NCBI RefSeq assembly: GCF_009914755.1
Contig: NC_060930.1
Length of the DNA stretch: 64,000 nucleotides
Reading direction: 5' to 3' (one strand)
Source of the DNA: the human T2T-CHM13v2.0 reference genome, Homo sapiens
A program made the translations under genes and the position numbers. Position 1 is the first letter of the stretch. Each line of letters opens with the position of its first letter. Below the pieces are notes generated by a model, which had not been told where the DNA came from, searched no databases, and saw only the letters and a program-made list of their open reading frames with translations. This document shows, piece after piece, positions 11,930 through 26,174 of the stretch.

Positions 11930-13950
11930 TAAAACTAGGAATAGTTAGCAACTTTCTCAATATGGTAAAGGGCATTTATGGAAAACCCAGTATTATTGTA
12001 CTCAGCAGAGCAAGATAGTTTTCCCACTAAAATCAGAAATAAGGCCAGCCTGCCTACTTTCACCACCTTCATGCAACATAATGTTGGAAGTACTAGGCAG
12101 AACACTTAGAAAACAAGAAATTAATGGAATCTAGATTTTAAAGGAAGAAGAAAAACTCTTATCTATTCAGAGACATAATCCTGTAAGTATAAAATCCCAA
12201 AGAATCCACAAAAAACTACGAGGTAATAAACAAATTCAACAAATTTGCAAACACAAAGTTAACACACATAAAACAGTTGTTACTATACACCTGCAATGAA
12301 CAATCTGGAGAAGAAATTAAGAAAAAAATTATAGTTACAATAGCATATAAAATACCTAGGAATAAATTTAACCAAGAAGATGAAAGACATACACTGAAAA
12401 CTACAAAACATGATGAAAGAAATTAAAGACCTAAATACATGGAAAGACATCCCATGTTTATTGATTGAAAGACTTAATATTGTTAAGATGGCAATACTCC
12501 CTAAACCAATCTATAGAATCCATGTAATTCCTGTCAATACTCCAATAACACATTTTGTAGAAATGTAAAAGCTGATTCTCAAATTTCTGTGGAGTCGTGA
12601 GGTGCGCCAAATAGCCAAAACAATATTGAAAATGAAGAGCAAAGTTGGAGGACTCACACTTCTTAAGTACTTACTATAAAGCTACAGTAATCAAAACACG
12701 GTGGTAGTGGCATAAGAAATAGAAATTAGAGTCTGGAAGCAAATCCATATCATGGTCAATTAATTTTCAACAGTGATGCCAATGTCATTCAACTGGGAAA
12801 GAATAGCCTCTGACAAATGGTGCTGCGGCAACTAGATATCTACGTGCAAAAGAATGAAGCCGGGCCCCTGCTTCATACCACACACAAAAATTACCTCAAA
12901 AATGGATCCACAACTTAAGTGTAAGATCTAAAAACATAAAACTATAAAACTCTTAAAAGAAAACGTAGGAGTAAATCTTCATGACCTTGGATTGGCAATG
13001 AATACTTGGATATATCACAAGCACATGGATTGAAATAAAAAATAGAGGAATTGAGCTTAATCTAAAAATGTTTTGTTCGACATTATCAGTAAAATTAAAA
13101 GACCTACACAAAGGGAGAAATATTTGTAGATTAAATATATGATAAAGCTCTTGTCTCCAGAATAGATGCTCAATATCATTAATCATTAAGGAAATGCAAA
13201 TTAAAACAATAGTGAGACACCAGTTCATATCCACTGGAATGGCTATAATTTTTATAAAAACAAGGAAAGTAACAATTTTTGACAAGGATATTGAGAAACT
13301 GGAATCCTCAATACTTTACCAATGGGAGTGTACAATGCAGAGGCTAATGGTGCAGAAGCTGTGGAACACAGTTTGGTAGCTCTCCAAAAAGCATAAAATT
13401 ACCATATGATCCAGCAATTCCTATCCTATGTATATATATAAAGGAAAAGAAAACTGGTACTCGAATTAATACAGGTACTCACATATTCATAGCAACACAA
13501 TGCACTATAGCTAAAATGAGGGAATAGACCAAATGTTCATCATCCATTGGATCAAGAAACAAAATGTGGGATATCCATACAATGAGATATTATTCAGTCA
13601 TAAAAAGGAATAAGATATCAGTATATGCTATGTCGATGAACCTCAAAAACACTATGCTAAGCAAAAGAAGGCAGATACAAAAAATCACATATTGTATGAC
13701 TCAATTTATATGAAATATTTAGAATAGGTAAATGTATAGAGACAAAATGTGGATTGATGGTTACCAGTGATTAGGAGAAAAAGAAAATGGGGAGTGACTG
13801 CTTAATGGATGCAGGATTTACTTTTGGAGTGATAAAATGTTTGGGAACTAGATAGAGGTAATGGCTGTGAATGAACTAAATGTGACTGATTTTTTTTCTT
13901 TAAAACTATTAATTTTGTGTTACATGAATTCACATTTCAATAAAATTTAT
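11930..13950 (+). mobile_element. L1MB-like LINE: degenerate ORF2 3' part and 3' UTR
   Basis: ORF2 remnants (e.g. MQIKTIVRHQF at 13194) and an L1MB-type 3' UTR (ggggagtgactgcttaatgg...aactagatagaggt) ending with caataaaa. Confidence 0.85.
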
Positions 13951-14808
13951 AAAGTGAGATGAATTTTGTTAAGTGTTTAGGTGCAAAAAATGCTACAGTA
14001 GGATCTCAAGCTTGGGAATATGCATAATGCGTCTTTGTTTATTCTATTTATTCAAGGGGATTCTAGGGCTAAGGAGTCTCTCACTCTATTCATTTTGTTT
14101 TCCGGTTAAGCTGCCATCCCTTTCTTTTATTCAGATTATTTTCTCAAAGTCACTAACTAATAATATAGCAGAATTGGCTCAGTTAGTTGAGAGATATTTA
14201 TGCTTTTGCGCATGCAAGCAACCCTCACGCAGACACACACACACTGGGAATAAAGACTTCAGCTCTGTCCATACATGATATAAAACCATGATTGCTAATT
14301 GCATGAAAGATCTTGGAAAAATCAGGTATTTCTTGAATTATGTAACATAAAGACAGCAGGATGGCAGCATAAACTTGTTAAACTAACCAGGGATTTTTGA
14401 AATTTAAAGGAATAAAATCAATCTCATATTTATCCTGGATTCAATAATTTAAGACTCTTAGGAGTTATGTTATTTAAATAAAAATATAAATAAAATAAGA
14501 AGGCAATCAGTACTTTCAAATTTAGTCCTAATTTGCCCTAAGTTGAAAGTAGACAAATAATATACACCCATAACATTCATTAAACATTACGTCCTTAGAA
14601 ACCAAACCCATCAAAAGTTATTTATTTGGCAAATCAACGACCAATAATTTTTTATGTAGGCTTCACCACAATTAGACACTATAAGTTTTGTTTGTACATA
14701 AACTAGTTTTCCTGTTTTATTAATAGGTTCTCAAAATATTTTGCCCTGAAGGCCTGTTAAATAATACAATTCATTACAAAATGGTGAATCCTTAATGCAT
14801 TCACCTAC

Positions 14809-14848
14809 CACACACACAGACACACACACACAGACACACACACACACA
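14809..14848. repeat. (CA)n microsatellite, interrupted
   Basis: cacacacacagacacacacacacagacacacacacacaca. Confidence 0.9.
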
Positions 14849-15184
14849 TGCTTATCCTTCTCACTTATTAATTATGAGTTCTCACATCCAACTCTGTTGG
14901 GCTCATCTGTCCACTTTCTCTCAAACTAAACTTAAATGATCATAATCTAACGCTGAAGGCAGAAGTCATGACTAGGACCGTGATCCTAAGCCTACTAAGA
15001 AACAGACATGAGCAGAGCCCCAAAGAAATACCAGAGACACAAACAAGCCTGTGCGAGCAGGAAGACTTACTCTACAGAATGACTAGGTTGGAATACTCAT
15101 CTTTTCCCTTTGGAATGGGAACTCCTAAGTTCCCATGGATGGGAAAATATTTTATATATATATTTATATTTTAATTACTGCATT

Positions 15185-15450
15185 AATTATCTATTATTCA
15201 ACAAATAACCACAGCATTTAGCAGCTTTTAATGATAAACATTTAATATATAGGTCAATTTCTGATAGTCAGAAATCTGAATCAACTTAATTGGGTGGTTC
15301 TGGTTTAGGGTCTCTCATGAGGTTGCAGTCAAGGTTTTGGCTAGTATTATAGTCATCTGAAGCATTGACTGATATATCGAACTTCTCCAGCATAGTTGTT
15401 AGCCAGAACCCTCGGTTTGTCGTGACATGGGTCTCTCCGCAGAGAGTTTG
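15185..15450 (-). mobile_element. MLT1-type (MaLR) LTR fragment
   Basis: gggtggttctggtttagggtctctcatgaggttgcagtcaag is typical of MLT1F-H in reverse complement. Confidence 0.6.
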
Positions 15451-15494
15451 AGGATGGCATCCACAAATATAGAAAGGCTACATTGAATTCCTTT

Positions 15495-15650
15495 TGAAGT
15501 ACGTACTATTACCATCCTCTTCATTTTACAATGAAAACAATTGAGGCATGAGAAAGTTAAGTTGGCCAAAGTGTCTAAGCTAACAAGTAACAGAATTAAT
15601 ACTCAAACACAGGTGGTTGGGTCCAAGGGTCTGTGCACCTAAGAACCACA
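15495..15650 (-). mobile_element. MIR fragment
   Basis: cattttacaatgaaaacaattgaggcatgagaaagttaag core. Confidence 0.55.
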
Positions 15651-16395
15651 TGTGTTAAAAAATAACATAACTAAATGAGGCTAGTGCTGATAGCACAGAG
15701 AGAATTTCCCCAGCACTTCTGGGAAATGCAAACAGTTCTTATATTACCTGTAGTCCATGTTACTTTAAAGGCCATCTCTTTGTGGATATCTATCTTCAAA
15801 ATAAAACATGTTATCCTCTTCCTAAGACTTGTTGTTAAGTACTAGTATTAGTCACATACCACAAAAGCTATACTTTACAAGAAGAATTTCAAAATGTACA
15901 ATATAAAATCAAAATATATATTTTCGTGGCTTGCAGTTTATTGTTTTAACTAAATTTAACTCTTTTGGGATAAAATCGAATTATAGAAGCAGAAACTTTC
16001 TCTGCTTGCCAGGGATTTGTAGATACTAAATCAAAGATTATGAATTTCTCATTAAATGTATCTGAAAACATATAAAATGTATTACATCTCACAGTAGTCA
16101 CTGTGATTTCCTTGAATGTTAACAAAAGCAAGGCAGTGATTACACACAAATCAGTCAATAATTTTTTTCAGATGTCAAAGCAACCAAAATGGTCTCAAGA
16201 ATAGTGAAGAGAAGCCACAAACATATTTTTACTATGCTCCATGTAAGCACACATTTCCCATGATCTGGATTATTTCACCAGATGTATTATGTATTTAAGA
16301 CTTTTCTAAGTGAATGAAACTTTTTTAAGTGAAAGAAAAATGTTATGAGATAATTCACTAACCAGTTTGCTGTTTTTTTTTTTTAATGGGTACCC

Positions 16396-17358
16396 ATATT
16401 AGTTTTCTGTTGCTGCTGTGACAGATTACCACAAATTTAGCAGCTTAAAACAATAAAACATTGTTATTTTTCAGTTCTGTAAGTCAGAAGTTTTAAATGG
16501 AAATCCTTGAGTTAAAGTCAATGTGTTGTCAGAGCTGTATTTTGTTCCTGTAATGTGAGATCTGCCTTTTCAGCTTTTGGAGGCTGTCTGCATTCCTTGG
16601 CTCATGGTCCCCTTTCTTCACCTTCAAAGCCAGACACAGTGGGTTATGCCTTTTCCACATTGCATCACACTGACTTCCTCTTTGGCCTCCTTTCATTTCA
16701 GAGGCATTTGTGATTTAATTGGGGTCATCTATATAATCCAGAATAATCTCTTTATTTTAAGGTCAGAGGATTAACAATCTAAACTCTATCTGTGACTCCA
16801 GTAACCTGAATAATGCCCCAGTGTCCACATTCTAATACACAGAATTTGTGAATAAGTTACTTTAAATGGTAAAAGGGATTTTGCAGAAACCATTAGGTAA
16901 AGGACCTTAGAAACAAAAAATCTTTCAAGATTATAGAGGTGAGGGTCTAATGTCATCATAAGGGTCATATAAAATAGAAGCAGGAGGATCAAGGAGAGAA
17001 AGAGAGAGAGCAGTGGTGGTGGGGGAGAGAGATTGATTTGAAGGTGTTATTCTGATTGTTTTGAAGGAGAAAGGGACCACCAGCCAAAAAAAATGTATGT
17101 AACCCCCAGAAATTAAAAATGGAAAGGAAACAAACTTTCCCCTAGATAATTCAGAAGGGACACAGCTCTGCCAACCCCTTTTACCTTCTGACCTCAAGAA
17201 CTATAAAATAATACAATAGTAATGTTTTGAGCTACTAAGTGTGTGGTAATCTCTTACAGTAGCCAGAAGAAACTCACAAATACAATGTCTCCATGTTTAC
17301 AGGTTCCTAGCATTAGGATGTGGATATCTTTGAGGAGGCCATTATTCTGCCTACCACA
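16396..17358 (-). mobile_element. MLT1D-like LTR, split by an oppositely oriented MLT1 LTR
   Basis: Minus-strand LTR runs tattagttttctgttgctgctg (16396) to about 16790, resumes at about 17285 and ends ...ccattattctgcctaccaca (17358). Confidence 0.7.
16791..17284 (+). mobile_element. MLT1C/D-like LTR (nested)
   Basis: gaataatgcccc...aaaagggattttgcaga...gctactaagtgtgtggtaat...aataca gives a complete plus-strand LTR layout. Confidence 0.7.
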
Positions 17359-17797
17359 ACATCCATATTTTTAGGTAAATGAGTTCCTAAGTATGCATGC
17401 TTGTTATTGTATTTGTCAATGAAGAATCATCTTCTACTTAGGTGAAAATAATTTTCATATATAATGATGACCACTGCATCATTTGCCAGTGGCAGGGTAA
17501 TGGCTTTCAAATGCTCTTTTCCTTTTTAAAAATTTTCTGATAAGTTCTACATAAAAAGAAAAATTATTTCTACACAGCAGCCAAATGGAAATGTGACTGA
17601 GCTCAAAATATATAATATTCTCCCATGAATACTAATACATGCTTTTATTAAAAATAAAATATAGCTCAGCTAAAAGTATTGGCAGTACACTGTTTCACAA
17701 ATGTTTATGAAGCTTTCTTTGGCATAAGTTTTAAAAAGGTACTAAAGTTTCTAAGATGGCCTGTGGAAAGTAAAATGAAGGGAAATTTATATTTCCT

Positions 17798-17851
17798 ACA
17801 AAGCCAACCAAAAGAAGAAGTGAAACAAAGCCAACCAAAAGAAGAAGTGAA
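17798..17851. repeat. Perfect 27-bp tandem duplication
   Basis: acaaagccaaccaaaagaagaagtgaa x2. Confidence 0.95.
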
Positions 17852-18799
17852 ACCAAATCAAAAAAAAAAAAAAAGAGAGAGAGAAAGAAAAATCCAAATG
17901 ACACACGAACATAGTATAACAGAAGAAAATATTTAAATAAAACTAATTAAAGTACAGATTGCAAGGCTAAGAGCATTGAGAATAGTCTTATGCTAGTCAA
18001 GATAAATATTGCTTTAATTTTTTTATATTCATTACTGAAAGTAAAACTGCCATTCGGAGAAAGGCAAAACAAGATACTACTATTGACAGTTGAACACAAA
18101 CCAAGTTTAAGAGAGATGTTTAAGATTGAAAAACTTTCATAAGGTAGTCAGGAACATTTAATCCAACTGGATTGATTTTTAGAGGAAATAAATGATCGTG
18201 TATGTAATAGAACACTTTCATACTCATTACCACACAGGCAAAAGGCCTTTTAAAGTAATTTTACTTTCTTACATACAATTATAGCAGCAGACAATTGTAA
18301 TTCAAATACACAAATTTAATTCCTATATTTTTGTGCTTGTATTTGCAGAGAGACCTGTTAGCCTTTACTCACATACCTTATTCTAAAATGCATTCAAGCC
18401 ATTTTCTTAGGAGGCATTGTCTAAATATGATTTAAAACTCTTCATTCACCCTGTTCCATTTTCACTTGGAGAGTTGAATCCAGTGGGTATTGATTTTATA
18501 ATATTATTTTGAAACAGCAAAACAGAACTGAAAAATCAGTGCTGATTGTTTTTCCATTTAAGATCAAATTATTCACTCAATGAATGTTTGTTGAATTAGA
18601 TGTATCTTTTTCTGAACTATAACTGTGAGGCAAAGAACATGGAAAGTGTCCAAAAGGCATGTGAAAGCCAAACAATCAGTCTATAAAAGATAACAACATA
18701 CCTGGGTTTTCAAATAAATTTCTATTTTCTATTTTCCTTTATTTATTTCCATTTTTTCCTCCCTCCCTTACTTCCTTTCTTTTCTTTTTTTTCTTTTTT

Positions 18800-19910
18800 T
18801 TTTTCTAATACCAGGCTTTGCACACTGAGAAAAAAGAAACACAGTCCTCTCACAGACCTTTTTTTAGACTAGAGAGTGAGATAGACTGAAATCAAACAAG
18901 AAAATGGACAATGATTTTTATGAAGAATAAAAATGGGCCCCCTGAGCAAGAGAAACAGATCGTTGATGAGAGGTAGCAATTTTGATTGGGTTATCTGGGA
19001 AATCTATCTGAAAAAGCTGCATTAGAGCAAAACCTGAAAGACAAGTAGTTATCCAGCGGCGGAGGGAGGTGGGAGATGGAGTTGGAACCTCCTAGGCAGA
19101 AAACATAGTGTGTGCTAAGATCATAAAGAGGGAGAAACCTTAGTATACACTTAGATGACTGAAGTGTAATAGGAGCATATTGAATCATAATTTAGAGAGG
19201 TAGACAAGAAGCAGATAAAAACAGAAGCCCAGTTCTTAGTGAGTCACACTGACCTAGAAGCATTTTACAGGCTCCCTTGCAGCTAATTGAAACATGACTA
19301 ATTTCTGGCCAATATACTGAAAATTGAAGTGTCATATGTACTTATAGGTGGTCTCTTTAATGGGAGGAGCAGAGTCTTCTGCTCTACTTCCTCCATACTG
19401 CTGCTTGTGATAGCTGGAGTTCTATCAGTCTTCATAGACTATAACATAGGCTTGGGAATCACACCTACCTAGTGAGCTCTAGCTTAATTCTTTCTGACAG
19501 CTTCATAGAACTACCATACCAGTTCTGGATTACTTAACTTTTCATTTATTTTATGTTAGAGAGAAAACAACTAACTTTTAAAGTAATAGTTATTTTGGAT
19601 GTTTCTATGATTGCAGGTAATACTTAATTCAGGAGACTAATGTAGTAGCTCAAATGAAAGGTGGCAATGGCTTGTGCTATAATAATAGTGGGTAAAAGGA
19701 GAAGAGGACAAATTAAAGATATATTTTGGAGGTAGAGCACAAAGGACTTAAACAAAAGATTGGGTATAGAAGAGTGAGGGAAATAAAAATATCAAAAATT
19801 AATCCAAGATATGTGGCTTGAGCAATCATTTTGTAGATGGTGCTATCATGAGTAAATAGGGAAAAATTGAAAAGGCACCAATTTGAGGCAAAATAAAGAC
19901 TTCATTTGTG
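18800..19910 (-). mobile_element. L2 fragments interrupted by an MLT1-type LTR (~19230-19620)
   Basis: L2-like text (gcattagagcaaaacctgaaag; gatatattttggaggtagagc) flanks an MLT1-like block (ctcccttgcagct...ttctggccaat). Confidence 0.5.
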
Positions 19911-22309
19911 ATATATATTAAAAATACCAAATTCTTCATATTTGTTTTAAATATGTGCTAAGTCCATCAGGCAAAACTGAATACATCTGCAAAATTTCTT
20001 ATAACATTCATAGTTAATTATAATTTTACCGGAAGACCTGTAGCCAGCTTAGGAAGTCTCGCTGAACTTAGTTTATTTTTCCTTTATGTTACTCAGAAGT
20101 AGATTTGGTTGCTGTTTGCTTTATGTTACTCATAAGCAGATTAAGTTGCTGTGCAAACATGCAATTTACTCTTTTTTGGTTGCTATGTATTCCAGAGCAA
20201 AAAACAAAAACAACAACAACAACAAAAACCAACCGCCACCACCTAGATTTAGGCCAGTAGATTCTCTAATTTTTCTTAAGGGGAATACCAATGTTTTTGA
20301 AGGCTTTCTACCATGTTGGTGATTTACAATGTTATTTAATTTGGACCTTAGCAATATGGCTTGCCATCATCATTTTCCAGACTCAAAGAAATTAAGTAAC
20401 ATAGCTAGAAAAATGCAGAACAAGAATTCAAAGCTAGGTCTGCCAAATCCCAAGGCCTGTTTTGCTACTACTAAAAATTTCTTCTTTCTTGTATGTTCAT
20501 CCTGTAAATAAAGCCATAAAAATTCCAAGATATCTTGTTATCATCATGAAAACTACTTTTGAAAATATATTTACATATTTATCCACACATATTCATGTAT
20601 ATACACTCTAAATATTTTCCAATAACAATAATATATAAAGAGTTGAACTAGAGTAGAACTTTTTGTGAGCAAACCTGTATCTCTGGGTAGCCTCTGGCAT
20701 TGATTAAATTGAAGTTTAAAAAATTATAATTCAGTTCCATCTTCAGACAGTCCATTATCAAAGCATAATGCCTTTTAAATGAGTTGAAAAAAAAGCCCAT
20801 AGGCAGTAAAAAGTAGTAAAATCAAGAATGATCATCTAGTGCATGATATTTAAATGAGAAGTGAAGGGAGTAAATTAAAGGACACTGCCAATTCTAGCCA
20901 GGGAAATTACAGTGCATCCAGTAGGGAAAAGGCTGGAATGCATTTTCATAGAAAATAATAATTTAGCTATATAGAGAGTTCTTTTCCCTAGATTCTTTTT
21001 TTAATGTCCTACTTTTCTTTAGCATATCATTGCATAATATCTTAAAATTCTACTATTTGACTATCTATACAGAGTAAACCATCATGCAAATTGCTTGTTC
21101 TTAGTATTAGATTCAAATGTAAAGACGTTATATTCAAAAACCAAACCATATCATGCTTACAGTCATTAGGTACTCATTATATAAAAGGATTTGTACTAGG
21201 TGATGAGTGGATACAAAAGAGAAATGAATAGCTGAATAGCTTCTCGTCTGAAGGAGTTCACATCCCACTGAAATAACATATATGTATACGCAAATAACTG
21301 TGTTCAAGTGAAGCCTGTCATTATGTTTATGCTATACTTCTAAGTCAACAAAAACAAGCTTAACTGCTCATGAACTTATTTAGTATATCATTCATTGTTA
21401 ATGGTTATGTCAAAGAAGTAAACAATAATTTGATCCATACATAAATTGTGCCTTTAGAAGTAACCTTACATTTACAATTAGTTTGCATATTTAAACACTG
21501 TGTATTGCCAACCCAGTGATTTTTAACTCCAAGTTAAGTCTTTTAAGCTGACTGTTGAACAATTAGGATGACAGCAATTATTTACACACCACCCCCTCAC
21601 TCATTTCCTTCCCATTGATGTTTCCTAATGTATTTGGGGTTTTCATAAGGCTATCCACCTCCTACTTCATCTTCTCTTTTGAATCAGGAAGGTACACCCT
21701 CTCAGTGATGTACAGATATCTTTTCACCTACAGCTTTCCTTGTTGTGCCCATATAACATAAAAGGTGAGTACCTGGCTGGACTTCCTTCCTGTGGCGTTG
21801 AGGAAATATATGTAGCTGGCCAATGGCTCATACCCTGAGGTTGCTACATTTCCTTCTTGAACATAAGTTAGCATCCTTGCCCTCTCCCAAATTTTATCCT
21901 TGCCTTGTGCTATCTTAACCCCCAATCTTCCAGGTAAATATTATTTTTTTTTGTATATTTGACGTTACTTACATTTCTATTTGATGATATTCTCACATGA
22001 AAAAATGTGTGGTCCTTGTGGTTCCCCACCCCCGCCTTGGGACAAAACTTTTCTCCATGTTTCCTTTGTTGTTTTTTTTTTTTTAATTTACTTTGATATT
22101 TTTTTAAAAAGAAGTATATCTTACTGGAACTTATCATTTTCATCAAATCAGAAATTATATTTATCAATTAGAATAAGTTTCACTGGTATCTTCTAGCATA
22201 TTTTATTACATTGAGAAATGAAACAATCTTTAGATTATTTTGAATTTTCTTCATACATGTGGTATTACTGCAATAGGACAATTATATTACTTATTTTTTA
22301 GTCCTTTTG

Positions 22310-22613
22310 ATTTTTTTTTTTAAGCAGGGGAGACGGTTTTTCTCTGTCACCTAGGCTGAAGTGCAATGGTGCAATCTTAGCTCACTGTAACCTCTGTAAC
22401 CTCGAATTCCTTAACCGAAGATATCGAAGGGTAGGATCAGCCTCCAAGGTAGCTGAGACTACAGGCATATACCACCACTAATTTTTAAAAATTTTGTGTA
22501 GAGATGGGTGTCCAGCTTTGTTGCCTCCACTGATCTTGAACTCCTGGCCTTAATCCTCTTGCCCTGGCCTCCCAAACTGTTGGGATAACAGGAGTGAGCC
22601 ACTTAACTTGACC
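22310..22613 (-). mobile_element. Old Alu (AluJ-like)
   Basis: Poly-T, then tctgtcacctaggctgaagtgcaatgg...tttgtgtagagatggg...gtgagccac; highly diverged. Confidence 0.85.
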
Positions 22614-23168
22614 TTTAAAATTATCTGTCTTGTTTTCTTTTTTTCCCCCCACTGGTTAGTTTTTCTAGTACATTATTGAATAGAAATGGTGCTGCACTAT
22701 CTTATTTTTCTCTTCTCAGGAGGAAATGTCTCAATTTTTCATGATTATTTATATTTGTTAGAGTGATTCTGTTGAATGTTTTTTGATTAAAGATACTTCA
22801 CTCTATCTTTGTTTGCTACAAGTTTTTACCATGAATTGGTGTTTATTATTATCAAATGCTTTTTCTACAGTTTATTTAAAGATCAACTATATATTTTCAT
22901 TTTAATATTAGTATAGTGAATTAAATTAAATAATTGTCAAATAGTAAAACCTTTTACATTTCTGAAATAAAACCTATTTGGTTGTGACTGGGATTTATTG
23001 ACCAACAATACTGTGTTTGTCATTTTAAATAGCTATTTTGAAGGACCATCATTTGGCTTTGTTGCTTTTCTCTTTCATATACTTTTTCTATTTAATTAAT
23101 TTCTATTTTTATTACCATCTATATTTTAATGTTTAGTTTGCAGGTATTTTTTCTAGCATTTGAGATGA

Positions 23169-23694
<526 letters not shown>

Positions 23695-25449
23695 CAGATG
23701 TTCTTTTATTGTACTTGCATTTAAGATTACAATTCCCCTCTGATCACGTATGATCTGCATCCTACAAGTTATGTTTTTGTTGTCATTCAGTATAAAATAT
23801 TTTCTAATTTACCTTTTATTTGTATTTGAATCATATATGATGCATATGAGTATTACTTAATTTCCAGCCTGTTTGGGATGTCCTAGTTATTGACCTTTAA
23901 TTTAATTCCACTGAGGTCAGAAGGCACACTCTGAATCAATTTAATCATGTGAAATTTGTTTAGGCTTTCTTTATCCCATCACTTATAGTTTTGGTAAAAT
24001 TCCTTATGCTGTTAGAAAGTTTGTGAATTGTCACTGTTAGCTTCAGTATACAACAGGTATTAATATGTCAAAGTTGTTTAAGTCATTTGTATACTTACTA
24101 GTTTTTAAGCAATTTGTTCTATCAGCTCTTGAGAGAGTTATGTTAAAAATTTTCACCGTGATTGTAGACAACTATGTTTATCTTTTTAGTTATGTCCATT
24201 TTTGCTCTATATGTTTGAATCTATTTTATTATCTAAATAAAAATTTAGGATTATATCTTCCTGCTCAATTGACTCCTTTATCAAATCCCACATTTTCTTT
24301 TGATATTTCTGTTTGAAACAATTTTTCTTAGTTGAAAATTCTGTCAGTATTTCTTTTAATGCAGGTCTTCGATATGTGTTTATTTGACAGCGTATTTACT
24401 GCCTTTATTCTTGAAAGGCATTTTCAGTAAACATGGTACTCTACAGTGACAGAATTTTTTCACAGCACTTCATATATGTCATTTCAATGTGTTTACTCTT
24501 GTTTTAAGTCAACTTTGTTAAGGTGTAACTTACATATAATAAATTTACCCATTTTGAATGTACAGTTTAATGAATTTTGAGAAACTTACATAAACCCATG
24601 TAACCACTACTCCAATCAAGATGTATAATATATCCAACACCACAGAAGTTTCCATTATGGTCCTTCACATTTACTCACTCCCAAGTCCTTGGCTTCAGAT
24701 ACCACAGAAAACATTTCTGTAATCGTAAATTGGTTTTTGTTTTTTCTAAAATTTTGTATAATTAAAATCACACATTACACAATCCATTGTATTTGGCTTC
24801 TCTTGGTTAACATATAATTTCTGAGGTTCTTCTGTAATACATGGTAGGATGTATCAGCAATTTTTAAATTTATTACTCTTATTATATTATATCACAAATT
24901 GATCATCCATTTATTTGTGTGGACACTTGGATTACCCAGTTTTCTTTTTATTATTTATAAAGCTAGTATGAGATTCATGTACAGGTCTTTGTGTAGATAT
25001 ATATTTTCATTTCTATAGAGAAAATTCTTAGGAATATAATTTCTTCATGTAATCATAAGTAAATATTTAATATTATAAGAAGTGGCAAACTTTCCAAAGG
25101 GTATTTTGTTTGTTTGTTTTATAATTCTTACTAGCTAAGTATGAGTGTTCTGGTTACTCCTAACCCCATCAATATTTGATACTATCATTCTTTTTTCATT
25201 TAATTCCAATGATTTTTAATTTACTTTAAAAGTCTTCTACCTGTGCATTATATGAAGAATATTGTTTACATTATAAATACTTGAAGATTATCTGGATATT
25301 TTTCTGTTAATAATTTCTTATTTAATTTTGTTTTGGTAGAGAACATACTCTGATGTGAATAACCTTAAATTTACTGAGACACATTTTAATTTTCAGTACA
25401 AGGCCCATCTCTGTTAATCTTCCATGGATTGTTGTTGGGTAGAATGTGA

Positions 25450-25500
25450 TTATCTATTTATCTATCTATCTATCTATCTATCTATCATTTATCTATGCAA
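25450..25500. repeat. (TCTA)n microsatellite
   Basis: tatctatctatctatctatctatc. Confidence 0.9.
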
Positions 25501-25740
25501 CTATCAATTAATCAGAGAAATCTCCAACATACTTAACTGATTTTCTATTTCTTCTATCAATTTTTGATGGAAGTTATTGAATTCAAATTATGATTTTTTT
25601 TTTCTATTTATTCTTTCAGTTCTATAAATTTTTCTTCAGGCATGTTGAAGCTCAGTTAAGTGCATGTACCTTTAGGATTTTTATGACCCTCAGATAAGTT
25701 GACTCCTTTGTCATTATGAAATGACTGAGGTTACCTCTAA

Positions 25741-26174
<434 letters not shown>

